Source: an uncultured Actinomycetes bacterium (GTDB lineage: Bacteria > Actinomycetota > Actinomycetes > S36-B12 > CAIYMF01). Taken from it: a stretch of DNA of 64,000 nucleotides. The position numbers and the translations under genes are program-made. Below are positions 17,598 through 27,079 of the stretch, piece after piece. Under the pieces are notes generated by a model that saw only the letters and a list, made by a program, of their open reading frames with translations, made no database searches and was not told where the DNA came from. The DNA is taken from assembly GCA_963753075.1 (NCBI GenBank), contig CAVWAR010000003.1, positions 8,299-72,298 of the forward strand. The letters are read 5' to 3'. Position 1 is the first letter of the stretch; every line of letters starts with the position of its first letter.

Positions 17598-19109
17598 TCA
17601 CATCCCCTGAGCCTGGGCAGCTTCAGGCTCAGCGCAGGACCTCGGGTCCGGGAACGCACCAGTCAGTTCCTGGAAGTCCGCCGCCAACGACTCACAGGAG
17701 GCCGCGCCCAGCCGGGGATCGACGACGTACGGCTCGTCCATCAACCCCCACGTGAGGGTCTCCGCAGCCAGCTCAGTGGCCTGCTCGGCCCACGTCAGGC
17801 CCGGGTCGGACCACACCATGCCCCGCTCCTGCGCGAACTCGTCGGCACTCACCTGGGGCAGGTTCTCAGCCAGCCACACGCGCGCCAGCTGGTGCAGCAC
17901 AGCCGCCTTGACCGGTGTCGGCCATGGCTGGCATTCCTCGTCGGGGCATGCTTGGTCGGTGGTGACGAGTACCGCGATGTCAGTGGCGTCTCCGCCGTGA
18001 ACGAACCCGTAGCGAGCCTCCGGATCCCCGTCCGGGGCAAGGAAGGTAACCGAGGTGGGGATCGGCGCCGGCAGGACAGCGTCGGCGAAGCGCCCCAAGC
18101 CCCAGGACAGCAGCTGCTCGAGCTCGGGCGTGCCGTTCCAGATGGCGACCTGCTCGCCGTGGACGTCCAGCATGCCCGTCCGGTTGATCCCGGTGGGATC
18201 GGGTACCGTGACCGCATCCCACCACCCGGTCGGCAGGTCGGCCGGATCGGTGCATCGCCGCAGTGCATCCACCCGGTGGTACCGCTCCTCTCGGACGATC
18301 AGCCCGTCCGCGCCGTCGAGCCAGAGGGCAACGGCCATCTCCCCGGGGCACCCGGAGCCGTCATCGACGGTGAGGAGCTGGACACCGCGGTCGCTGTCCC
18401 CGTTGCCGTAGAACGCCGACCCCCCCTCGTCGGCGATCGTGTGCCGCACGGCACCGGTCAGCGCCCCACCCGAAACCGGGCCCTCAGCAGCAGCTCCGAT
18501 CGCCGATGGGCCCTCGAAGCGCAATCCGGCCATCGAGTCCCGTACGACTGCCCCGTCGGCGTAGAACCTCTGGACGGCCGACGGATCACCCGACGACCAT
18601 GCGCGCAGGTACTCATCCCACCAGCCGCGCTGGTTGGGAACCAGCTCGCCGAAGTACTCGCCCACCAGGCCTGACGCGGCGAACATCTGCGAGGTGATCC
18701 CCCGGTCGGAGACCGTGTACACGTAGGCGGTCGAGAAGTGGACCGGATACTCGGGGACGTCCAGCCTCGCCGGATCGACCGCGCCGTCCAGGGACAGGTA
18801 GATCGGCTCCTCGGCGGTCACTGCCAGTGAGTCCGGGTCGGCACTGGTGATCCAGGAGTCGCGCATGGCCTGGACCCTCGCGGGCCGCCCGGTGTACCAG
18901 CCCGACTCGGAGCGCATGTCAACGTCCACATCGTCGGCGTAGAACAGGGCCGCGTTGGTGACGCCGGTCGCCTGCGCCTCGTGGAACGCAGCGAAGAACT
19001 CCTCGGCCGGCGCCGCCCACGGTTGCTCCGGCGGTGAACAGCCCACCATCAAACTGGTCCCCAGCAGTCCCACCGCCAAGGACCTAGGCAACCACGCCCC
19101 CGTCCTCAC
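17598..19109 (-). CDS. lipoprotein of unknown function, tandem paralog B
   Basis: 503 aa. Lipobox SLMVGC. Collinear with paralog A (shared VTFL, CPG..A..L.LD.DGLIV, HHRVD.L.RCT, GWWD.VT.P). Motif here is LHQLARVW. 3-nt spacer to paralog A. Confidence 0.6.
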   Translation of the reverse strand: MRTGAWLPRSLAVGLLGTSLMVGCSPPEQPWAAPAEEFFAAFHEAQATGVTNAALFYADDVDVDMRSESGWYTGRPARVQAMRDSWITSADPDSLAVTAEEPIYLSLDGAVDPARLDVPEYPVHFSTAYVYTVSDRGITSQMFAASGLVGEYFGELVPNQRGWWDEYLRAWSSGDPSAVQRFYADGAVVRDSMAGLRFEGPSAIGAAAEGPVSGGALTGAVRHTIADEGGSAFYGNGDSDRGVQLLTVDDGSGCPGEMAVALWLDGADGLIVREERYHRVDALRRCTDPADLPTGWWDAVTVPDPTGINRTGMLDVHGEQVAIWNGTPELEQLLSWGLGRFADAVLPAPIPTSVTFLAPDGDPEARYGFVHGGDATDIAVLVTTDQACPDEECQPWPTPVKAAVLHQLARVWLAENLPQVSADEFAQERGMVWSDPGLTWAEQATELAAETLTWGLMDEPYVVDPRLGAASCESLAADFQELTGAFPDPRSCAEPEAAQAQGM

Positions 19110-19400
19110 AGCTCCTGTCTACGCTCACAGGGTGCGACGGCAACAGGGCCTTTGTGCCTTTCGATGAAGCTCATGGCCCCCCTCCCCGCCTAGCCGGGTT
19201 CAACGCCCGGGCGGCACGCCGAACGTGGAGGACGTTCCGCCGCGCACGATCGACGAGTGGCAGCGCCGGGTCCGGGTCCCCATAGAAGATCAGAGCACCG
19301 AACAGCCCGGCCGAGCCCCACAGGGTCTGGGTACCAAGATGGAGGCCGAGCAGCGCCGGGGCCCTCAAGACCCTGCGTGGCAGTAGCGCATTCGGGGGCT

Positions 19401-19426
19401 GCGTCCTAGCGCCGCCAGTGGACGCA
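19401..19426 (+). repeat. short GC-rich motif family member
   Basis: GCGTCCTAGCGCCGCCAGTGGACGC; the ends GCGTCC/GGACGC can form a 6-bp stem. Confidence 0.5.
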
Positions 19427-19496
19427 CCGCGTCGAGAGCATGGCCGGTCTCGGCTGTGCGGGCGTCGCTACCTAAGACGCAGCCAGACAAGGGGCG

Positions 19497-20300
19497 CGCT
19501 ACCTGCGCTGGATTCGGCAGGGTCCATCTACGACCGCAAGTTGGGCCTGGGCCTTTGGTTCTGGACACGCAGAGCCCGCATTGGCTCCTCTTCCAGTGCA
19601 GTTGCGATCACGGTCTTCATCACGACCTTCCCCGCCGAGCTCCCGCCAAGTGTGTTGGGCCGCTCACACCGTCTCCGGGACAGTCTGTGGTTGGTGGTTG
19701 GGCGATGGTGGTGTTGGGGGCGTAGCGTGGAAGTGCCGACCGGGGAGGGTCGGGTATTGGGTCCACGGTTCCTCGGTCACCGGAGGAGGAGCCATGTCGG
19801 GCCAATCACGTGCAGCGGATCCTGGGAATCACCAGCACGGCGCGGGCGACCGCCATGGGCGGCGTGGCCGGCGGTGTGGGTTCGGGGCAGTGCTGGCCGG
19901 GGTGATGGTCGCGGGCCTGGTCAGTGCCCCCCCGGTGGTCGGGGCCAGTCCCGGGGTGGTGCCGGGATCGGTGCCTCAGGTCGTGGCCGCAGCACCGGCG
20001 GGCCCACCCTCGGTGGTCGTGCCGATGGCCAAGAAGAAGAAGCGGCCGCGGGTGCGGTTCGCCAGCAAGAAGCGGCTGGTGGTGAACATTGATCCGGACC
20101 TGCGGCGCAAGAAGAACTGGAAGTTCAAGCTGCAGCGCAAGTCCAAGGGCAAGTGGCGCAAGGTCGGGATCTACCGCACCCGGGGCAAGTCCGAGATCCG
20201 CAAGCTCAAAGTGAAGAAGGGCAAGTACCGGGTGAAGGTGTACGCCCGACCCGGGTACCGGAAGGTGACCACCAAGGCCTACCGATTCACCCCCACCACC
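19497..20300 (+). repeat. right arm of inverted duplication (leader plus 5' part of PD40 paralog)
   Basis: See 7700-8481; the same sequence in inverted orientation. Confidence 0.8.
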
Positions 20301-21873
20301 CCCATCGTCCCAGTTACGCCACCCCCAACCCCGGACACCACGGCACCGGGTGTCGTCGGCGGGTTGGCGGTCACCGGCCGGACCGCGACGAGCATCAGTC
20401 TGGCGTGGACGAACCCGGCAGACGCGGACCTGGCCGCAGTGATCGTGCGCCGCGCGGCCGGCAGCACGGCGCCGGCAACCCCAACTGACTGGGGCCGCGG
20501 TGGCCCTGGCCTCAGCGACAGCGGCCTCGGTCACCGATGCCGGTCTGCCGGTCGACGCCCGGCAGTCGTACGCGGTGTTCACCCGCGATACCACCGGCAA
20601 CACCAGCCCCGGCGTCCCACTGACGACTCGGACCCTCGGACCCTCAGTCAAGGACACCACCCGGGTATCAGTCCGCAGCAACGGCGACCAGGCAAACGGC
20701 TTCTCCTACGACCCGGCGATCAGCGAAGACGGGCGGTGGATCACCTACCACTCGGATGCGGCGAACCTGGTCGGCGGGGACACCAACACCGCGCACGACG
20801 TGTTCCTGTTCGACCGGACGAATGGAGTCACGCAACGCGTGTCCGTCCGCAGCGACGGTGGCCAAGCGACGGGCCACTCCTACGAGCCGGCGATCAGCGC
20901 CGATGGGCGGTGGATCACCTACAGTTCGGATGCGACGAACCTGGTCGACGGTGACACCAACGGCGCGGCCGACGTGTTCCTGTTCGACTGCAACACCGGG
21001 ACTACCCAACGCGTGTCCGTCCGCAGCAACGGCGCGCAGGCCACCGGAGGCTACTCCATGGAGCCGGCGATCAGCGCCGACGGGCGGTGGATCACCTACA
21101 GATCCGAGGCGACGAACCTGGTCACCAACGACACCAACGGCGCGGCCGACGTGTTCCTGTTCGACCGCAACACCGGGACCACCCAACGAGTATCGATCCA
21201 CAGCAACGGCGCGCAGGCAAACGACTACTCCTACCGGCCGGCGATCAGCGCCGACGGCCGGTGGATCACCTACCACTCGCGCGCGACGAACCTCGTCGCC
21301 AACGACACCAACAGCGAGTACGACGTGTTCCTGTTCGACCGCAACACCGGGACCACCCAACGAGTATCGATCCACAGCAACGGCGCCCAAGCCACCGGGC
21401 CCTCCTTCGCCCCGGTGATCAGCGCCGACGGGCGGTGGATCACCTACTCGTCGGAGGCGACGAACCTGGTCGCCAACGACACCAACGCGGCACCCGACGT
21501 GTTCCTGTTCGACCGAGACACCGGGACCACCCAACGGGTGTCGGTCCACAGCAACGGCAGCCAGGCCACCGGAGGCCGTTCATCCGAGCCGGCGATCAGC
21601 GCTGACGGCCGCTGGATCACCTACTACTCGTATGCGACGAACCTCGTCGACAACGACACCAACGGCGAGTTCGACGTGTTCCTGTTCGACCTACAGACGG
21701 AACTCACCCGACGGGTCTCGGTCCACAGCAACGGCAGCCAAGCCACCCTCAGCTCCACGAATCCGGCCGTCAGCGCGCACGGGCGGTGGATCAGCTACAC
21801 CTCGGACGCGGCGAACCTGGTCGCGAACGACACGAACAGCCAGACCGACGTGTTCCTGGCCCGGATGTGGTGA
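19794..21873 (+). pseudogene. PD40/FN3 surface-protein paralog, one frameshift
   Basis: MSGQSRAADPGNHQHG... reads in the frame of ORF 19581..20954 up to ...STAPATPTD. It continues as GAAVALASATAASVTDAGLPVD... with seven PD40 blades in the frame of ORF 20500..21873. One extra T near 20490 separates the frames. Confidence 0.75.
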
Positions 21874-22041
21874 CCGTGCGCACGCACTACCCTGGCCGCG
21901 CCTCGCGGTTCGCTGGGGGCAGGCCGCGGGCCCTCGACACCGACGGCTACGCCGACCTGGTGAGCGGGGCGCCGCTGGAAGCGGCCGGGAGCCTGGACTA
22001 GGCCGGACGGGTCGCGTCGGCATGAGCGCCGCCTGGAACCT

Positions 22042-22066
22042 GCGTCATTGCGCCGCGAAACGTGCG
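22042..22066 (+). repeat. short GC-rich motif family member
   Basis: GCGTCATTGCGCCGCGAAACGTGCG. First 15 nt identical to 265-279; 23/25 identical to 30338-30362. Confidence 0.7.
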
Positions 22067-22170
22067 GGGCTGCGACGGGCGACTCGGCACGCCGGATGCC
22101 GTGAAAGCCAGGCTGCCTCCCGAGGGCTGGGGCGGCTTTCCGCGGGGGAGGCGACCTCGGCCGGTTCGGC

Positions 22171-22602
22171 CTAGCGCGCGCTGTGCACGGGCTCGGGGGT
22201 CCGGCACGCGGCCGTGGCCCCGGGCAGGTGGTACCGCCGCTGGTACATGTGCGGCCCGATGGCCGCGAGTGCTTGGCGGACCCCGGGGGCTTGCATGAGC
22301 GCGCCGGCCAGGCGGAACGGCGGGCGGGACATCCGCAGCAGTTCGGCGACGGACTGTGGGCCGACCACGTGGCTGCCGTCGGGCCGGACGAGCACCGGGC
22401 CGCGGAGGACCTCGTCCTGCCCGATGCCGAGGGCGTCGAGATCCGCCGACTGGTAGGGGCGTATGTCGGCTGGCGGGGCCACCCGGGTCCGGATCTTCGC
22501 CGCAGCCTGGTCGCAGGGGCCGCAGTCACCGTCGAAGAGCCACAGGGCGGTTCGAATCTCAGTCACTGGAGCAGGATACCCCGGGGAGTATGTATGTGCC
22601 AT
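22171..22602 (-). CDS. DCC1-like thiol-disulfide oxidoreductase (DUF393 family)
   Basis: 143 aa from ATG 22602. LWLFDGDCGPCD is the family CxxC motif region. ORF-track entry 22171..22794 is over-extended. Confidence 0.7.
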   Translation of the reverse strand: MAHTYSPGYPAPVTEIRTALWLFDGDCGPCDQAAAKIRTRVAPPADIRPYQSADLDALGIGQDEVLRGPVLVRPDGSHVVGPQSVAELLRMSRPPFRLAGALMQAPGVRQALAAIGPHMYQRRYHLPGATAACRTPEPVHSAR

Positions 22603-22990
22603 CTCACCGACAGGATTGATCGAGCGTTGAGCGCGGGCCCGGCCGGAGTCCGGTGCGGGTCGGCTGACCCGGATCGACCTGGCCACCGGCGATAAGAGCA
22701 CATTGGCCGACGGGCTGGCCACGGACGTCCAGGGGCCTGCCGCCCTGGTCGCCGGCGAGATGAACGGCGTGGCCGTGGACCGCACCGGCACCATCCTGGT
22801 CAGCGCTGCCGGTTCAGAAGGGAGCGTCGTCTACCGGATCAAGGCGGTCCCCGCTCGCTGAGGACTGCTTGCTCGAGCAAGTACGCCGCCCGAACCCACC
22901 GCCGTGGGCTCGGGCAGCCCGGTACCCTCAGAACCGGCCCGGTGTGGATTTCCGCCTTCTGGGTTCAGCGACCGGCTCAGATGGACGACC

Positions 22991-23014
22991 GCGTCCTTTC
23001 GCCGCCTATCGCGC
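22991..23014 (+). repeat. short GC-rich motif family member
   Basis: GCGTCCTTTCGCCGCCTATCGCGC in the lsr2 upstream region. Confidence 0.7.
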
Positions 23015-23342
23015 GCTGTCCATGGGGCTTCGGTGCAGCCAATGAGCCATCCAGCGCTGAGGAAGTCGACTTGTGTCCATTCTTCTGACCGCGCCGTCAC
23101 CCTTGATGGGAGTCCATCGAGGGAGGTTCGGGATGGCGCCACAGCGAATGCCGCTGGGACCTGATGCCGACCCCATGAGCAGTTCAGTCACCCTCTGCAT
23201 TTGCGGCATAACCTTGTGGCATCGCAGGGGCATATTCCGCCACGTTCTACCGGAATAGCTTCGACATTTCGACGAGAACCTTCCGACTCGCCCGACCCAA
23301 GTTCTACGCTGCTCTTGCCAGAGCAACTCCATTTCGCGAGGG

Positions 23343-23672
23343 GTGCCTCAGATGCGCAAGGTCCAGGTCATCCTGCAGGACGACATCGACGGTAGCGAAC
23401 CAGCACAGACCGTGTACTTCGCCGTGGACGGCAAGACCTATGAGATCGACCTGAGCGAACAGCACGCCGCAGCACTCCGCGATGCCCTTGCCCCATGGAT
23501 CGCGGCGGCTCGCCGAACCTCCACAACGCGAAACCCCAAGCCTCGAGCCACGTCGCAGGGGTCATCCGACACCGTCGACATCCGCCGCTGGGCCAAGGAG
23601 AACGACATCCCGGTCAGCGAACGCGGCCGCATCTCGATCGACTTGCGCAACCGGTACGAGGCCGCCCACTAG
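23343..23672 (+). CDS. lsr2: Lsr2-family nucleoid-associated protein
   Basis: N-terminal dimerisation domain (KVQVILQDDIDGSEPAQTVYFAVDGKTYEIDLSEQHAAALRDALAPWIAAARR), basic linker, C-terminal DNA-binding domain (IRRWAKENDIPVSERGRISIDLRNRYEAAH). ATG 23352 is an alternative start. Confidence 0.85.
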   Translation: MPQMRKVQVILQDDIDGSEPAQTVYFAVDGKTYEIDLSEQHAAALRDALAPWIAAARRTSTTRNPKPRATSQGSSDTVDIRRWAKENDIPVSERGRISIDLRNRYEAAH

Positions 23673-23703
23673 CCCGGGTGTTTCACGGGTGAGTGGTGAT
23701 CTC

Positions 23704-25318
23704 GGGGTGTAGATGCGCGAAAGTGCCTGTTCTGTCGGGGAAACTGGGTGTGTCTAAGACTCAGGATCGACCGATAGAAGAGGCACTTCGCAGGTGAAGC
23801 GTAGCAACCGGGTTCGGCGGGTCAAGGTCAGTGCGGATGGCCGTGGGGTGGTGTCTCACGCGGGGGTGGGTCTGCTGCGGGAGGTGGCCGAGTCCACCGG
23901 CTTGACCGACGGGGTGACCGCAGCGCTGCGGGATACGTACAAGGGCCGCCCGGTGCATGCCCCGGGCAGGGTGTTCACCGATCTGGCGTGCGCGGTCGCC
24001 GATGGCGCGGATGCGATCAGCGGGATCGCGGTCCTGGGTGACCGGATGGACTTGTTCGGTCCGGTCGCCTCGATGCCCACGACGTGGCGGCTGCTGGACC
24101 GCATCGACGACGACCATCATGGTCGGGTGCGCTCGGCGCGGGCCGCTGCGCGGGAACGGGCGTGGGCCGCCGGCGCGGCACCAGCCCCCGGATCGGAGCT
24201 GCGCCTGGACTTCGATGCCACGATCACGATCGCGCACTCGGAGAAGGAGTCCGCGGCTCCGACGTGGAAGCGCACGTTCGGGTTCCACCCGCTGCTGTGT
24301 TTCCTGGACCGCCCCGAGGTCGCCGGCGGGGAAGCGCTGGCCGGGGTACTGCGGCCCGGGAACGCCGGGAGCAACACCGCCAAGGATCACATCACGGTGC
24401 TGGACCTGGCCCTGGCGCAGCTGCCGCACGCGTGGCGCCCGACTCCCGGGAAACCGGATGGGCCGCGGGTGCTGGCCCGGTCGGACTCCGCGGGGGCGAC
24501 CCACGCGTTCGCCGACGGCGTGCGTGGCCCGCGGGGTCGAGTTCTCGTTCGGATTCCCGATCGACGCCCGGATCCGCCGAGTCGTGGACCTGATCCCCGA
24601 ACACTGCTGGGACCCGGCCATCCAAAGCGACGAGCACCTGCGGGACGGGGCATGGGTGTTCGAGGCCACCAGCATGATCACCCTGCGCAGCTGGCCGCCC
24701 GGGTCCCGACTGATCCTGCGCAAGGAACGCCCCCACCCCGGCGCGCAGCTGACGTTCACCGACCTCGACGGCATGCGGATCACCGCGGTGCTGACCAACA
24801 CCGGCCCAGGTGTCATCCCCGGGCAGGCCGCCGGGCTGGAGCTGCGCCACCGCCAACACGCCCGGGTCGAGGACCGGATCCGGGAGGCCAAGGCCACCGG
24901 CCTGCGGAACCTGCCCTGCCATGACACCGCGCTGAACGCCACCTGGTTGGAGGTCGTGCTCACCGCCACCGACCTGATCACCTGGACCCAGCTGATCGCC
25001 TTCCACGACGCCCCGGTACTGGCCCGCTGCGAGATCCACGCCTTCCGCTACCGGGTCCTGCACGTCGCCGCCCGGATCACCCGAGGCGCCCGACGAACCC
25101 ACCTACGCCTCGACCAGCGCTGGCGCTGGGCAGTCCAGATCGCCGCCGGGTTCCACCGAATACGCGCCGCGTTCGCCTGACCCACCGCGCCACCGCGCCT
25201 GACCCGAGGACCCCGCTAGACCCCACCCGACCGCGGTCGGGCCATCACCATGCCCCGACCACGACCACCCAACAGAAACCGGCAAACCGGACACCCCGCC
25301 CAGTCGATCACACCCCAC
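23704..25318 (+). mobile_element. IS1380-family element
   Basis: Candidate terminal inverted repeats GGGGTGTAGATGCG (about 23704) and the complement of GGGGTGTGATCGAC (about 25318) flank the transposase reading frames. Boundaries approximate. Confidence 0.6.
23794..25180 (+). pseudogene. IS1380-family transposase, one frameshift near 24515
   Basis: MKRSNRVRRVKVSADGRGVVSHAGVGLLRE...DATITIAHSEKESAAPTWKRTFGFHPLL...GATHAFAD in frame 1. ACVARGVEFSFGFPID...LRHRQHARVEDRIREAKATGLRNLP... in the frame of ORF 23957..25180. Confidence 0.8.
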
Positions 25319-26730
25319 GTGAAAGAGGGAGGCTAGTCCGAAAATGGAGGTGACCACGCGTGTCATGCGGCGGGTTCGAGGGTGACTCGGTAGCCGAGGT
25401 GTTGGAGTTCGCGGACGTGGTTGCGCATCTTGCGGTTGAGGTTGACGCGGGAGTCGTAGTAGTCGGGGCCGAGGTCGTGGAACTGGGTGTTCTCCTCGTT
25501 GAGGAGGTGCCAGATGATGACCAGGATGGAGCGTCCGACGGCGACGATGGCTCGCTTCTTTCCACGTCGTCGGGCAATCCGCCTGTAGCGCTCGCCGAGG
25601 AAGGTGTCGGTGCGACCGGCTGAGACGGCAGCCTCGCCCAGGACTCGGCCCAGGTAGCTGTTGCCGTGGCCGGTGGCACCGTTGCCCTTCTTGCGGCCGG
25701 CTGACTCCTTGATCCCGGGCGCGAACTTCGCCCATGAGGACAGGTGCGCGGGGGTCGGGAACTGAGCCATGTCGAGTCCGATCTCGGCGATGATCGCCTG
25801 CGCAGCGGTCACGCCGATTCCGGGGATCTCATCGAGGCGGGCGACCGCTGCGGCGGAAGGGGCGATCTGGTCGCTGATGCGTTCTTCGACGTCGGTGATG
25901 TCGGCGCCGAGCTGGTCGATGCGGGCGAGCATCTTGGTTAGCAGGAACGCGTGATGGTTGTTGAACCGACCGATGAACGCCTCCCGCAGCTGGGTGGTCT
26001 TCTTGCGCATCCGACCGCGGGCCATGTCGGCCAGGACGTCGGGGTCGCGTTCGCCGGCGATGAGCGCGGCCATCATCGCCCGTCCGGAGACCCCGAAGAT
26101 GTCCGAGGCCACGACCGAGACCTTGATCTGGGCGTCCTCCAACAGCTTCTCGACGCGCTGCTTCTCCGCGGTCCGTGCGCCGATCAGGTCGACCCGGTAC
26201 CGGGTCAGGTCGCGCAGCATCCGGATCGGCTCCGGCGGCACGAAGCTAGCCCGCAGCATCTGTCGTTCGGCCACCTTGCACAGCCACACCGCGTCGAGTC
26301 GATCCGTCTTGGGACGACCCGGCAGGTGCTTGACGTCCTTGGCGTTGACCAGCCACGTCTCGAAGGAGCCCTCCAGCAGGTAGAACGGGGGCTTCCAGTA
26401 GTCGCCGGTGGCCTCCATGACCACCCTGCTCACGCCCAGGCCGGTCAGCCAGTTCGACATCGCCAGCAGCGAGCGGGTCATCGTGGAGAAGGTGCGCACC
26501 TCCTGCAGCCGTCGCCGGCCCGGGCCGGGCAGCCGCACGCAGCACACCAGTTCGGTCTTGCCGATGTCCAACGCTGCGACCCGTTGGATGATCTCTTGAT
26601 CGTCATGCTCAACTTCCACCACGGCCACCACCTTCGACGGGAACCACACACAGGCGGCCGCCCGTAGGAGCTGCAGGGAAACGGCGAATCTAGTCGAGGT
26701 TCCCGAGACGAAGTGGACATCGTCTAGTAG
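25319..26730 (-). mobile_element. IS110-family element no. 1
   Basis: Transposase-proximal (left) end is ...ATCGTCTAGTAG at 26719-26730, the same 12 nt as IS110 no. 2. The 3' boundary is assumed to abut the IS1380 end. Confidence 0.6.
25363..26649 (-). CDS. IS110-family transposase (DEDD recombinase), apparently intact
   Basis: RVAALDIGKTELVC...VVMEATGDYWKP (DEDD RuvC-like N-domain) and IPGIGVTAAQAIIAEIG...SAGRKKGNGATGHGNSYLG (C-terminal Tnp domain). The true start is probably one of the GTGs about 10-13 codons inside the ORF. Confidence 0.85.
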   Translation of the reverse strand: MWFPSKVVAVVEVEHDDQEIIQRVAALDIGKTELVCCVRLPGPGRRRLQEVRTFSTMTRSLLAMSNWLTGLGVSRVVMEATGDYWKPPFYLLEGSFETWLVNAKDVKHLPGRPKTDRLDAVWLCKVAERQMLRASFVPPEPIRMLRDLTRYRVDLIGARTAEKQRVEKLLEDAQIKVSVVASDIFGVSGRAMMAALIAGERDPDVLADMARGRMRKKTTQLREAFIGRFNNHHAFLLTKMLARIDQLGADITDVEERISDQIAPSAAAVARLDEIPGIGVTAAQAIIAEIGLDMAQFPTPAHLSSWAKFAPGIKESAGRKKGNGATGHGNSYLGRVLGEAAVSAGRTDTFLGERYRRIARRRGKKRAIVAVGRSILVIIWHLLNEENTQFHDLGPDYYDSRVNLNRKMRNHVRELQHLGYRVTLEPAA

Positions 26731-26752
26731 GTCTTTGTGGCCTGCTGGAAGG

Positions 26753-27079
26753 ATGTCGTCATGTCAGGAGTCGTGCAGGTTCACTGCGGAGTACAAGATC
26801 GAGGCCGCTCATCGGGTGATCGATTCCGGGCGCAGCATCGCGGAGGTGGCCCGGGATCTGTCGTTGAACGAGGTCACGTTGGGCAATTGGGTGCGTGAGG
26901 AACGCCGCCGCCTGGACGCCTTGGCCGGGACAGCCGCCGAGCCGTTGAGTGCGGTGGAACGCGCGGAGTTGCTGCGGTTGCGCAAGCAGGTCGCCGAGCA
27001 GGAGAAGGATCTGGCGTTCCTGGGAAAAGCAGCCGCGTACTTCGCCTCGAATCCACCAAAGCAGAGCGGTTTGCGTTGA
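26753..27079 (+). CDS. IS3-family transposase OrfA (HTH)
   Basis: [45 protein letters not shown] followed by a leucine-zipper-like [27 protein letters not shown]. Confidence 0.75.
   Translation: MSSCQESCRFTAEYKIEAAHRVIDSGRSIAEVARDLSLNEVTLGNWVREERRRLDALAGTAAEPLSAVERAELLRLRKQVAEQEKDLAFLGKAAAYFASNPPKQSGLR

Noticed and set aside
23761-24981. Long antisense or alternate-frame ORFs (also 268..753, 9531..10478, 25951..26667, 28304..29218, 37221..38486, 44119..44889, 48689..49972, 59547..60554, 62249..63469 and similar)
   Set aside because: They are shadow ORFs opposite, or out of frame with, well-supported genes. Their translations are dominated by Arg, Gly, Pro and Ala.
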